A stretch of DNA of 64,000 nucleotides from an uncultured Trueperaceae bacterium (GTDB lineage Bacteria > Deinococcota > Deinococci > Deinococcales > Trueperaceae): positions 32,001 to 96,000 of the forward strand of contig CAWFFU010000010.1 in NCBI GenBank assembly GCA_963815215.1, read 5' to 3'. The notes under the pieces were generated by a model that was not told the DNA's origin, searched no databases, and was given only the letters and a program-made list of their open reading frames with translations. Of the stretch, positions 17,605 to 27,392 are shown one piece after another. Both the position numbers and the translations under genes were made by a program. Every line of letters starts with the position of its first letter. Position 1 is the first letter of the stretch.

Positions 17605-17649
17605 TTCACGCGCGAGGGGTCGTAGGTTCAAATCCTATACCGCCCACCA
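17605..17649 (+). mobile_element. 3' half of tRNA-Val(CAC), att-like scar 2
   Basis: TTCACGC-GCGAG-GGGTC-GTAGG-TTCAAAT-CCTAT-ACCGCCC-A-CCA; 37/43 identical to scar 1. Confidence 0.82.
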
Positions 17650-17765
17650 TCGAAAAAGGCGTGCAGCACCTGTCCTCGCTCGAGGAGTTGCTGGGCATGA
17701 CGACGGTCCCGAAGGCACCGTCCGATACCACGGCGTCGTCCCCTCTCCCTCCGCCCCGCTACCAG

Positions 17766-17803
17766 ACCTTGAGGGCCCGCAGTCCACTGCGAGCCCTCAA
17801 GGT
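17766..17803. repeat. near-perfect inverted repeat (18-bp arms), possible terminator of the subtilase gene
   Basis: ACCTTGAGGGCCCGCAGT-CC-ACTGCGAGCCCTCAAGGT, one mismatch. Confidence 0.6.
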
Positions 17804-17902
17804 TGAAGCTGTGCTGTCTAGCGCGGCATGACGGTCAGGTTCTGACTCCTCTATCCCGTGTAGCCGCTCGTGATCACGGCTGGCACGAGGTCTCTCGGTC
17901 CC

Positions 17903-20035
17903 CTACTGGAGTTGCACGTTGAGCCCCACGCCGGAGACGTCGCCGCCGCTGCCAACGGTAACGGTGGTCGTGCCGTAGAACTCGCCGACGTCCCCGAGCA
18001 CGCCGTTGTGGTTGGCGTCGTTGCCGGCCTCCACCGTGTACGTGCCGGCCGGGACATTGGCGAGCGTGAAGTTCCCGCCGGCGTCGGCGCGTGCCTGCTC
18101 GACAAGGGTGGTCCCCTGAAGGAGCTTCACGATGAAGTCGCTGGCGTTGGCGGTCGCGCTGTTGCGGGCGTCGTTGATAGCGTTGGTGGGCAGGATCAGT
18201 CCGTAGCCGAGGTACTGGTTGGTGCTGCTGCCGCCGTAGGCGGTCTGTTCGAGCATCAGCTTCACCTGTGTAGGCGTCAGCTTGGGGTTCTCTGCCAGCA
18301 TCAGGGCCGCTAGGCCGGCCACGTGCGGGGCGGCCATGGAGGTCCCGACGTCAGACGCATACGTTGGCGTGTTTGTGTTCGCGTCCCAGTAGGTGCTGAC
18401 GATGCCCTCCGCAAGCCACCCACCCTCGCCAGTCATGCCGCTGGGCAGCGGGACGGGGCTGCCGTTGTTGAACAGGAAGCCGCCCGGAGCAACCACCGTG
18501 ACGCCTTGGCTGTCGCTGGTCGGTGCGCCGTTGTCGGAGAAGCAGCTGATCGCGAAGGTGCCAGCGCCCTCGTCGTAGTCGACGGACCCGACCGCGATGG
18601 TGGTCGGGTATGCCGCCGGGTAGGCGACCCAGCTGAGCGCGATGGCCGAGTTGTAGGGCGGATAACCAGACGTGCCGCAGTCGGCGCTGTCGTTGCCGGC
18701 GGCGGCCACCACGACCGTGCCGTTACCGGTGGCTTGCGCGATGGCGTCGTCCTCGAGCGGTGCCGGCGCGCTGCCACCCAAGCTGAGATTGATGACGCGT
18801 GCCTGCGTTGGCGGCGTAATGAGCACGTTGTTGCTGTTGTTCACGGGAAGCCCGGCGGCGTACAGGATACCCCGAGCAACGTCGGCAGTCGTGCAGCCGC
18901 TAGCGGCGCTGCACACGCGCACCGGGAGGATGCTGACGTGCCAGTTCATGCCGGCGATACCAGCGCCGTTGCCGGCCACCGCGCCGATGGTGCCGGCCAC
19001 GTGCGTTCCGTGGTACACGCCGTCACTGGCAGGCGTAGTGGCGCCTACCTGGTTGAGCACGAAGTCGTACCCGGCATACGGCACGTTCGCCTGCAGATCT
19101 GGATGCGAGCGCATCACCCCGCCGTCCACGACCCCCACGACCACGTCACTGCTGCCGGCGTCGGTGCTCCAGACATTGGACATGCCCAGCAGGCGCATGT
19201 CCCACTGGTCGGAGAACAGGGGATCCGTCGGCGTGGCTTGCGGGCTGATCCCGGCGGTCTTCACCGGCACGCTGCTCGCGTTCAGGTGGACCACGTAGTT
19301 GGGTTGGACGGCAGCCACGCGGCCGTCGCCACGGAGAGCGGTCACCGCCTGCGCCACGCCCTGCCCGTTGGTGCTGAGCACCGCCCAGGGAGAACCGGGT
19401 GCGATGAAGCTCTGCACGCTCAGCCCGTGCGCCTGCGCGATGGTCGCCGCCGCGCTCTGTACCGCCTGCGCGGTCACGGCCTGAGGCGTGATGCGCCCGC
19501 CCAGGGCTTGCGGCGCCATCCCCTGCACGGCCAGGTAGCCGGTGGACACCTTGGCCAGAACCTGCCCCGGCGCGTACGCCGCGCCCGGCGCCACAGCCGG
19601 CGCGGCGCTCACGCTCTGCGGGAGGATCTGCCCGGCCGGTCCGGTGATGTTGCCCGACACCTGCGCGAAGCGCATGTAGACCGTCACCGCCTTCAGCGGG
19701 TCAGCCCCCTTGAGCAGCACGCTGGCGGCGTAGTCGCCAGGGGTCAGGCCGGTGCGGTCCACGGTCAGCGTCAGGGTGGCGTTGCCGCTTCCGCTGGTGG
19801 GGCTGAGCGACAGCCAGCTCTGATCGGTCTGAGCCGTCCAGCTACCGTTGGCGGTGATGCTCACGGTGGTGCTCGAGGTGCCATCGAAGCTCACGTAGTT
19901 CGGCACGGCTGTGATGGTGATGGCGCCACCACCGCCTCCACCGGTGGTGCCCCCACCAGGTGTTCCGGAGCTGCAGCCGGCCAGAAACAGCAGTAGTGGG
20001 ACGCCGAGCGCAAGAAGTCGCAAGAACGAACGCAT
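17903..20035 (-). CDS. S8 subtilisin-like serine peptidase lipoprotein (BACON-like N-domain), paralogue 1
   Basis: lipobox FLAGC; VVDGG, HGTHVAG, AAAGND, GTSMAAPH. Confidence 0.95.
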   Translation of the reverse strand: MRSFLRLLALGVPLLLFLAGCSSGTPGGGTTGGGGGGAITITAVPNYVSFDGTSSTTVSITANGSWTAQTDQSWLSLSPTSGSGNATLTLTVDRTGLTPGDYAASVLLKGADPLKAVTVYMRFAQVSGNITGPAGQILPQSVSAAPAVAPGAAYAPGQVLAKVSTGYLAVQGMAPQALGGRITPQAVTAQAVQSAAATIAQAHGLSVQSFIAPGSPWAVLSTNGQGVAQAVTALRGDGRVAAVQPNYVVHLNASSVPVKTAGISPQATPTDPLFSDQWDMRLLGMSNVWSTDAGSSDVVVGVVDGGVMRSHPDLQANVPYAGYDFVLNQVGATTPASDGVYHGTHVAGTIGAVAGNGAGIAGMNWHVSILPVRVCSAASGCTTADVARGILYAAGLPVNNSNNVLITPPTQARVINLSLGGSAPAPLEDDAIAQATGNGTVVVAAAGNDSADCGTSGYPPYNSAIALSWVAYPAAYPTTIAVGSVDYDEGAGTFAISCFSDNGAPTSDSQGVTVVAPGGFLFNNGSPVPLPSGMTGEGGWLAEGIVSTYWDANTNTPTYASDVGTSMAAPHVAGLAALMLAENPKLTPTQVKLMLEQTAYGGSSTNQYLGYGLILPTNAINDARNSATANASDFIVKLLQGTTLVEQARADAGGNFTLANVPAGTYTVEAGNDANHNGVLGDVGEFYGTTTVTVGSGGDVSGVGLNVQLQ

Positions 20036-20081
20036 GCTCATCTCCCCTCTGGCTGGGGTGACCCAGGCTGTCCACACGACC

Positions 20082-20111
20082 CCGCGTCCTCGCGTTCACG
20101 CGAGGACGCGG
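20082..20111. repeat. perfect inverted repeat upstream of subtilase 1
   Basis: CCGCGTCCTCGCGT-TC-ACGCGAGGACGCGG. Confidence 0.6.
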
Positions 20112-21062
20112 CGCAAGCATTAGCTACTGCTGGCGAGCTCGGATCCCCCAACGACACGTGACATGCGCGACCACTCTATCCGTGCAGGCCTGCCTCCGGA
20201 TGTGAACCGGTGCTGTCTGGGCTCCATCCGTGAGTCTGGGGGCTCACGTTGCCAAGCAGCCTCCGTCGTCCTGTTCTCGAAGTTGCCCTGTTCGTCGCGT
20301 GCTCGCGGCCGTTGACTCAGACGTCGGCGGTGGCTTGAGGTGAATGGCCTGCAGCCTCTGCGCCGCCCTGTCGCTGGCGGTGGACCGTGCGGAGGCCCGT
20401 GGGCAGAGCGTTCACCGCGCGCGCAGGCATCGGTTGAACCTGTCCGCCATGATTCTGGCGCGTCGCTTCGGTGACGACCAACCGCGTGACCATGTCCCGC
20501 TGCCCGAGCCTCGCGATGGCATCGCCGGCTACCGCTTCCGCGATGGCCGGGCACACCCCGTGCCGACCGATGGCTCCACCAACTTGTGGCGCCGGGCGCA
20601 TTGGGCGGCCATACGGGCGTAGGCCGAACTCGGCTCGGCCTACGCCGGGTCGCTGCTGACTCGGTTCACGAGCCTGGCTGTCGAAGCGCCGGCCATGGGC
20701 AAGCGCAAGCCGGTGGCGTGGCGTGGGCCGTGGTGAAGCGCGAGAGCTACGACGAGGTCCTCAGGGATGCGGCGGCGTGCTCGTGTCGGACCTCATCAGC
20801 GTTCCGCAGCCGACGAACCGGTCTTGCCCGTGCTCGCATCTGGCATACGACAGTCAGTCTTCCACCGTCGTCGACAACGCAGCTCCAGCCACGCTGTGGC
20901 ATAGTGCTTGCAGAGCCCCGCTGATCCCGCCCGACCGGGCATCGCCCCTCCCTACATCTTGCGACCATGCAGGACGATGCCTGCCGGGTACACGAAGCGG
21001 TGCCATCACTGCGCCACGCGCACGGCCCTGTCGTGCGCCTTGCTGAGATGAAGGGGACCTCG

Positions 21063-22562
21063 ATGAAGACGCTGAAGCACCTGACGCTGACCCTCATGGG
21101 CGTGGGAGCCCTGCTGCCGTTCGCCCTGGGCCAGAGCGCAGGCGGGCGTAGCGTGGCAGGTGCCTGGGAAGGCAACCTCGTCGTGGGTCAGGCATCGCTC
21201 CGGATCTGGCTCGAGGTCACGAAGGACCCGAGTGGCACTCTCACTGCCACCCTCATCAGCATCGACCAGGGCGCCACACCGATCCCCTGCACCGACGTCG
21301 CCCTGCAAGGCGACACGTTCAGCTTCAAGGTGCCGGCCGTCAACGGCAGCTACAGCGGCAGCCTCAGCACCAGCGACGACAGCATCGAAGGTACCTGGAC
21401 GCAGGGCCGGTCCCTACCCCTCACGCTCCAACGACAACCCGAAGGCGCCCAACCACCGGTATCCGCCAAGCCGAATCCCGCACAGCCGCCCGTGCCCCTC
21501 GACCAGCTCGAGGCCGTTCTCGATCGGGAGTTCCGATCCATCACCGGCAAGCCCGTTCTGAACGCCTCGGCCGGCATCGGCATCGTCATCGGCGTCTACC
21601 AAGAAGGCCAGCGGCGCATCTTCGCCTATGGCGCCGCCGACCCCGACTCCATCTTCGAGATCGGCTCCGTCACCAAGACCTTCACCGGGCTGCTCCTCGC
21701 GCAACTGACTGCGCAGCACGACGTCACGCTGAACGAGCCCATCGGTACACTGCTACCGCCCGGCGCCGTCACGAGGCCTGCCGGCCCCGAGATCACCCTG
21801 CTCGACCTCGCCACCCAGCACTCCGGCCTCCCCCGCCTTCCCGCGAACCTCCAGGCGAACGCCAACCCCGCCGACCCATACGCCGGCTACGGCCCCAAGG
21901 AGCTCTACGCATACCTCCAAGACCATGGCGTGGCGCTCCTAAAGACACCGACGTACCTCTACAGCAACCTCGGCTACGGCCTACTCGGCTTCGTGCTCGC
22001 CCGCCACGCAGGGAAGCCCTACGCCCAACTCGTCGAGGACCAGATCACCACGCCCCTCCACATGACCAGCACAGCCGTCGACCTCCCAGCGAACGAGAAG
22101 CCACGCCTCATCCAGGGGCACGATGCCGCCAACGCCCCCGTACCCTCCTGGACGTTCGACGCACTCGCAGGCGCCGGGGCCCTACGATCGAGCGCCGGTG
22201 ACCTCCTCACCTACCTCGCCGCCCAACTGCACCCCACATCCATCTCAACCGGCGCCGAACAAGGACCGGCGGCGACGCTCAGCAGGGCCATCTCCATGAC
22301 CCACGAGCTCCGCGCCGACGGTCCGGCAGGCATGAAGGTCGGCATGGGCTGGCTCTACGAGGAGGCCAACGGCACTTACTGGCACGACGGCGGCACCGGC
22401 GGATACACATCCATGGTGGCGTTCCAACCCGCCAACGACCGAGCCGTGGTCGTGCTCTACAACCGCGAGGACATCGGCACCAGTGCCGTCCCCTTCACGC
22501 AACGCGCAGCCGCCAACGTCCTCGCCCTCCTCTCCGGAACACCAGCCCCTCCGCTGCAGTAG
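21063..22562 (+). CDS. secreted serine hydrolase, beta-lactamase/AmpC-like family, with extra N-terminal domain
   Basis: signal peptide; FEIGSVTK (SxxK), YSN, HDGGTGG. Confidence 0.92.
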   Translation: MKTLKHLTLTLMGVGALLPFALGQSAGGRSVAGAWEGNLVVGQASLRIWLEVTKDPSGTLTATLISIDQGATPIPCTDVALQGDTFSFKVPAVNGSYSGSLSTSDDSIEGTWTQGRSLPLTLQRQPEGAQPPVSAKPNPAQPPVPLDQLEAVLDREFRSITGKPVLNASAGIGIVIGVYQEGQRRIFAYGAADPDSIFEIGSVTKTFTGLLLAQLTAQHDVTLNEPIGTLLPPGAVTRPAGPEITLLDLATQHSGLPRLPANLQANANPADPYAGYGPKELYAYLQDHGVALLKTPTYLYSNLGYGLLGFVLARHAGKPYAQLVEDQITTPLHMTSTAVDLPANEKPRLIQGHDAANAPVPSWTFDALAGAGALRSSAGDLLTYLAAQLHPTSISTGAEQGPAATLSRAISMTHELRADGPAGMKVGMGWLYEEANGTYWHDGGTGGYTSMVAFQPANDRAVVVLYNREDIGTSAVPFTQRAAANVLALLSGTPAPPLQ

Positions 22563-22618
22563 AGACCACCCCACCTGGGCGCGGAAGGGTACGCGCTGCA
22601 ACACTGCATGATGGACTC

Positions 22619-23140
22619 TCACCGAGTCCAGGTGGTGCCAGGCGCCCACCCTCCACTGGGGTGCGCTCGGACCGACACCGTCGATCCGGTCGAGTCTCGG
22701 GTTCGTGGTGGGCCGGGCATGGCGTCCCACTGCTGCTGGTAGCTCGGCTCGTGCTCGGCGATGAGCTCGGCCAGCAGCGCCTCGTGCGCAGGTACGTCCT
22801 CGGAGGGCAGCGTGCGCGCGCTGCCGGTGGCGTGGACGGTGACGTAGTTCCAGGTCGGCACGCTCTCGGTCGCGTCGTAGTGGCGCGGCGAGATGTAGGC
22901 GTGCGGCCCATCGAAGACGACCAGCGCGCTAGCGCCGTCGAGGACCTTGGCCTGCGGATTGGCACGTGCCAGGTGGCCGCGCACGATGAGGCCGCCCTCT
23001 CCATCGCAGACAGTGACCGGGACGGGTGTCGCGAACGGCTCGTCGTCGACCACCGAGACCAACAGTGCGAAGGGTTGCTCGCGCATGAACGTCCGCAGGA
23101 CGTCCGGATCCTCGATGCGGTTGTCTGCGGGAAGGTACAT
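22619..23140 (-). pseudogene. PaiB-like FMN-binding protein, 3'-truncated
   Basis: MYLP, GHLARANPQ, GPHAYISP, VPTWNYVTVH; similarity ends at QQQWDAMP and the usual C-terminal KLSQN region is absent. Confidence 0.75.
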
Positions 23141-23410
23141 GTGGCCACCTCCGGCGATGCTCCGGTCAGTCTACGGTCCGCCTTGCCACTCCGCCGCCCG
23201 GCTGGCATCGCGCAACCGAACCTTCTCACGTCCCCAATGCGTTTAATGCGAGCCAGAAGCGGCCGGGGAAGGTCGCGCGAGGATCTCCTGGACCCAGGGC
23301 CCAGGGTCGACCGTGCCGTCGGCGAGGTCCGGAACGTGCGTCGGAACGCCGGCCTGTGCGGTAGCCGAGTCGCGGCACGACCTCGCCGTCGTGGCAAGAG
23401 AGGAAGAGGC

Positions 23411-26083
23411 ATGAACAGATTCATTCAACTGGCCGTCGCCTTGGCGCTGGCTCTGAGCGCGGGAAGTCTGGCCGGCGCAGCGTCGGCCCCATCGTCCGAC
23501 GTCCTGCGCGCCACCCTGCCCAACGGGCTGCGCGTGGTCATCGTGCGCGACACGCTGGCGCCGGTGGTGACCACCGAGATGAACTACCTGGTCGGCTCCG
23601 ACGAGGCGCCCGCAGGCTTCCCGGGAACCGCGCACGCGGTCGAGCACATGATGTTCCGCGGCAGTCCGGGTCTGAGCAAGGACCAGCTCTCGGCACTGGC
23701 GGCGAACATGGGGGGCAACTTCAACGCCGACACCACGGAGGCCGTGACCCAGTACTTCTTCACCGTGCCGGCGCAGGATCTCGATGTCGCGTTGCGCATC
23801 CACGCCATCCGCATGCGCGGCGTGGACATGGCTCCGAAGGAGTGGGCCACCGAGCGGGGCGCGATCGAGCAGGAGGTCTCGCGCGACCTGTCGAACCCGG
23901 GCTACAAGTTCTTCACCGAGCTGCGCGCGCGCATGTTCCAGGGCACGCCGTACCAGCACACGCCGCTGGGCACGCGGCCGTCGTTCGACAAGACCACGGC
24001 GGCGGCGCTCAAGACGTTCCACGACACCTGGTACGCGCCGAACAACGCCATCCTGGTGATCGCCGGCGACGTCGACCCACACGCGGCGTTGAAGGACGTG
24101 AAGACGCTGTTCGGTTCGATTCCCAGCAAGACGATCCCGCAGCGCCCGGCCTTCCACCTCCAGCCGGTGCAGGCGCACACTGTCAAGCTGCCGACCGACT
24201 TCCCGTACGGCTTCGTGCTGCTGTCCTACCGCATGCCGGCGTTGCGTGGGTCGGACTACGCGGCGGGTCTGGTGCTCTCGCAGGCGATGGCCTCCAAACG
24301 CGCTCCGCTCTACGCCATGGGTCTGAACGGCAAGGCGCTGTACGGCGGCTTCTCCAGCAGCTTCCTGCCGCATGCCGGCTTCGCCTTCGCCGAGGGCGTG
24401 TTCCCGCGCGGGGGCAACGCAGGCGGCGTGCTCCAGGCCATGCAGGACATCATGCAGCAGGCCCGCAGCCAGGGCGTGCCCGCCGACCTGGTCGAGGCCG
24501 CCAAGGCGCGGGCCATCGCCGACCTGGAGTACAAGAAGAACTCGGTCAGCGGCCTGGCCAACGCCTGGTCGCAGGCGCTGGCGTTCGAGGGCGCGAGCTC
24601 GCCCGATGACGTGAAGGCGGCGATCGAAGCCGTCACGCCGGCCCAGGTCGATGCGCTGGCCGCCCGGCTGTTCGACCCGGCCCACGCCATCACCGCCGTT
24701 CTGACGCCCCAGTCGTCGGGCCAGCCGACCACCAGCAAGGGCTTCGGTGGGGCGGAGAGCTTCGGCGGCCAGCCCAGCGGTCCGGTGACGCTCCCGACGT
24801 GGGCCGCGAGTGCCTTCGCTGATCTCCAGGTGCCGAAGTCGGCCATCCAGCCGACCGATTTCACGCTCCCGAACGGACTGCGTGTGATCGTGCAACCGGA
24901 GAGCGTCAGCAAGACGGTCGAGGTGTTCGGCCGGGTCAAGACCAACCAGGACATGCAGGCGCCCAAGGGCCAGGAGGGCGTCGCCGCCGTGCTGGGCGAC
25001 ATGTTCGACTTCGGGACCACCACCATGAACCGCCTGCAGTTCCAGACCGCCGTCGACGCGATCCAGGCGCATGAGAGCGCCGGCTCCAGCTTCTCGTTGG
25101 CCGTGCCCTCGGCGAACTTCGCCGACGGCATGAAGCTGCTGGCCGACAACGAGCTACATCCGGCGATGCCGCAGCGGGCGTTCGCCACCATGCAGCGCCG
25201 CGAAGCGGCGTCGACGGCGGGTCAGCTGCAGACGCCTGACTTCCTCGACGCCATCCATCTGGACCGGGCCCTGCTGCCGGCCAACGACCCGGGCCTGCGC
25301 TACGCCACCAAGCAGTCGATCGATAGCCTGACGCTGGCCGACGTGAAGGACTACTACGCCAAGACCTTCCTGCCCGATATGACCACCATCGTGGTGATCG
25401 GCGACGTCACGCCGACCCAGGCGCGAACGGTGGTCGAGGCCACCTTCGGCGGCTGGACGGCCACCGGTCCGAAGCCCGTTGCGGACTACCCAGCCGTGCC
25501 GCTCAACACGACCGCGAGCCAGTTCAACACTCCGGACAAGACCTCGGTGCAGGACCAGGTGACCATGGCGGAGCAGATCGCGATGGACAGCCACAGCCCC
25601 GATCGCTTCGCCCTGTACGCCGGCAACACGGTGCTCAGCGGCGGGTTCTACGCGGCGCGCCTGCCTCGCGACCTGCGCGAGAAGCGCGGTCTGGTGTACA
25701 GCGTGGGGAGTCAGGTCAGCCTCGACACGAACCGTGGTCGCTTCCAGGTGTCGTACGGCTCCGACCCGGGCAACGTGGCCAAGGCGCACGATCTGATCCT
25801 GCGCGACCTGAAGCAGATGCAGGACGCCCCGGTCTCGGCCAGCGAGCTCCACCAGGTCAAGGGCATGCTGCTGCGTCAGTTCCCGCTCGGGGAGGCGAGC
25901 TTCGGCAGCATCGCCGGCTTCCTCCTGCAGCTGTCGCTGGAGGGCAAGCCGCTGGACAGCGCCACCATCGCCTCCCAGCACTACCTGGCGTTGACCGCCG
26001 CCGACATCCAGGCGGCGTTCAAGAAGTACATCCGGCCGGACGCCTTCGTCACGGCGGTGAAGGGGCCGGCGCCGAAGCCGTGA
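23411..26083 (+). CDS. M16 (pitrilysin-family) zinc peptidase, exported
   Basis: signal peptide; TLPNGLRV in both halves, HAVEHMMFRGS (HxxEH), LREKRGLVYS. Confidence 0.95.
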   Translation: MNRFIQLAVALALALSAGSLAGAASAPSSDVLRATLPNGLRVVIVRDTLAPVVTTEMNYLVGSDEAPAGFPGTAHAVEHMMFRGSPGLSKDQLSALAANMGGNFNADTTEAVTQYFFTVPAQDLDVALRIHAIRMRGVDMAPKEWATERGAIEQEVSRDLSNPGYKFFTELRARMFQGTPYQHTPLGTRPSFDKTTAAALKTFHDTWYAPNNAILVIAGDVDPHAALKDVKTLFGSIPSKTIPQRPAFHLQPVQAHTVKLPTDFPYGFVLLSYRMPALRGSDYAAGLVLSQAMASKRAPLYAMGLNGKALYGGFSSSFLPHAGFAFAEGVFPRGGNAGGVLQAMQDIMQQARSQGVPADLVEAAKARAIADLEYKKNSVSGLANAWSQALAFEGASSPDDVKAAIEAVTPAQVDALAARLFDPAHAITAVLTPQSSGQPTTSKGFGGAESFGGQPSGPVTLPTWAASAFADLQVPKSAIQPTDFTLPNGLRVIVQPESVSKTVEVFGRVKTNQDMQAPKGQEGVAAVLGDMFDFGTTTMNRLQFQTAVDAIQAHESAGSSFSLAVPSANFADGMKLLADNELHPAMPQRAFATMQRREAASTAGQLQTPDFLDAIHLDRALLPANDPGLRYATKQSIDSLTLADVKDYYAKTFLPDMTTIVVIGDVTPTQARTVVEATFGGWTATGPKPVADYPAVPLNTTASQFNTPDKTSVQDQVTMAEQIAMDSHSPDRFALYAGNTVLSGGFYAARLPRDLREKRGLVYSVGSQVSLDTNRGRFQVSYGSDPGNVAKAHDLILRDLKQMQDAPVSASELHQVKGMLLRQFPLGEASFGSIAGFLLQLSLEGKPLDSATIASQHYLALTAADIQAAFKKYIRPDAFVTAVKGPAPKP

Positions 26084-26092
26084 GAGATCCCC

Positions 26093-26122
26093 GGCCGGCC
26101 GCGACCGACGTCGCGGCCGGCC
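26093..26122. terminator. hairpin between convergent genes
   Basis: GGCCGGCCGCGAC-CGAC-GTCGCGGCCGGCC. Confidence 0.6.
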
Positions 26123-26147
26123 AGGGCGAGGCGGGACGCGGCTGGAC

Positions 26148-26579
26148 CTACTTCTTCTTGTCGGCCCGTTGAGCGCGCGCTTCGGAGTTGGCCGCTACCG
26201 CGTCGCGGATGAGTTGCTTGAAGGCGGCTTCGTCGATCGTCTCCCCTTCGCGAAGGTCGATCGCGCGCCGCGTGTTCCCTCCCAGGCTGGAATTGAAGAG
26301 CTTCTTCGGGTCCTCGATGGAGGCCCCGCGGAAGAAGGTGAGCTTCACGACCTGCTTGTACGACTCTCCCGTGCAGATGCCTCCGTCATGGGACCAGACG
26401 GGGGTCCCGGGCTTCGACGGCTTCACCCACTTCCACTCCTCCTGGATGTCGGGGTCGGCCTCGCGGATGAGCTGACGGAGACGGGCGAGGGTCTCTCCTC
26501 GCCAATCCCCCAGCTCTTCGATCCGGTCGGTGATGTTCGCTGACGCGGCCTCGTCATCCGTACGACGTGTCGGATCCAT
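26148..26579 (-). CDS. DUF1801 (YdhG-like) protein
   Basis: LGDWRGETL, EEWKW, PVWSHDGGICTGE, FNSSLGGNTRRAID. Confidence 0.9.
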   Translation of the reverse strand: MDPTRRTDDEAASANITDRIEELGDWRGETLARLRQLIREADPDIQEEWKWVKPSKPGTPVWSHDGGICTGESYKQVVKLTFFRGASIEDPKKLFNSSLGGNTRRAIDLREGETIDEAAFKQLIRDAVAANSEARAQRADKKK

Positions 26580-26927
26580 GGTCTCTCCGATCCTGGGCTT
26601 CGCTCACCGGCCCCATGCCGGCAGCGGGGCATCGCCCGGGGGACGTCGTCCGGCTCTCATCCAGAGGCCGTTCACGTAGGGGGCGTCTGCCGTAAGTATG
26701 GCAGAGCCCTGAGCCTTGAGGGGGCCTTGCGCGCAATTCCGGAGCGCCGCTCGGCACTCGCCCGAGATCCGAGCCCGGCTGGACCCCCGGCGTTCATCAA
26801 CGCCTGCGGCCCGGACGGGGACCGCGGCATCGTGGAGGTACTGGACGCGGACTGAGGCTGTGGCGCCGTCGTCGGTGAACAGGGCTCGGATGGGTCGCAT
26901 CCTTGGCGCCGACCGCCGCTCGTGCTG

Positions 26928-27269
26928 CTAGTCGCGCTGCATCAGGGGCGACGGCGCGGTCTCGCTCCAGCTCTCCAGCCAGTGGATGATCGCGTCGAGG
27001 ACACCCGACAGGGCGCGACCCTTGTCCGTGAGGTGGTACTCGACGCGGACCGGCATGTCGGGGAGGACCTCGCGCCTGGTGAGGCCCTCGGCCTCGAGCT
27101 CGCGGAGTCTCTCGGCCAGCATGCGGTCGCTCAGGCCGGGGATCGCGGCCTTGAGGTCGCTGAAACGGTGCACGCCTCCGAGCAGGGCACGGATGATCAC
27201 GCCAGTCCAGCGCCCGCCGATGAGCTCGATGGCGCGTTGGTACTGCTCGCAGAAGACCACTTCCGGCAT
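26928..27269 (-). CDS. HxlR family winged-helix regulator
   Basis: C..YQRAIELIGGRW, RFSDL, LAERLRELE, PVRVEYHLTDKG. Confidence 0.93.
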   Translation of the reverse strand: MPEVVFCEQYQRAIELIGGRWTGVIIRALLGGVHRFSDLKAAIPGLSDRMLAERLRELEAEGLTRREVLPDMPVRVEYHLTDKGRALSGVLDAIIHWLESWSETAPSPLMQRD

Positions 27270-27286
27270 GGCACATTATTACATAG

Positions 27287-27325
27287 AGTAAGTAGCTTGA
27301 CAAGGGTAAGCACCTGACCTATAGT
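27287..27325 (+). promoter_or_regulatory. promoter of FMN reductase with candidate HxlR sites
   Basis: TTGACA (27297), 17 bp, TATAGT (27320); imperfect repeats GTAAGTAGCTTGAC / GTAAGCACCTGAC. Confidence 0.75.
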
Positions 27326-27392
27326 TCGGTCCGTGACCGGCACCCCGTCGGAGGGTGCGGCCCCGACTCTCGTGCAAGGAGCACTACACTCC

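Noticed and set aside
17570..17649. Intact tRNA-Val gene
   Set aside because: The upstream CCCAGCGGGGGGCAC loosely resembles a D-arm, but there is no 5' acceptor strand (GGGCGGT) and no CTCGC to pair the anticodon stem; the same holds at 15750-15822.
17766..17810. Integron attC site
   Set aside because: The palindrome ends near GTTGAAG but has no RYYYAAC partner, no repeated family of such sites and no IntI.
23240..23400. c-di-GMP-I riboswitch upstream of the M16 peptidase
   Set aside because: Only CCGGCCT...GGTAGCCG resembles it; the GGCAAAC/GAAA/GCAAA core is missing. An Rfam search would settle it.
26580..26927. Gene or ncRNA between DUF1801 and hxlR
   Set aside because: Several short frames, none recognisable; no supportable structure.
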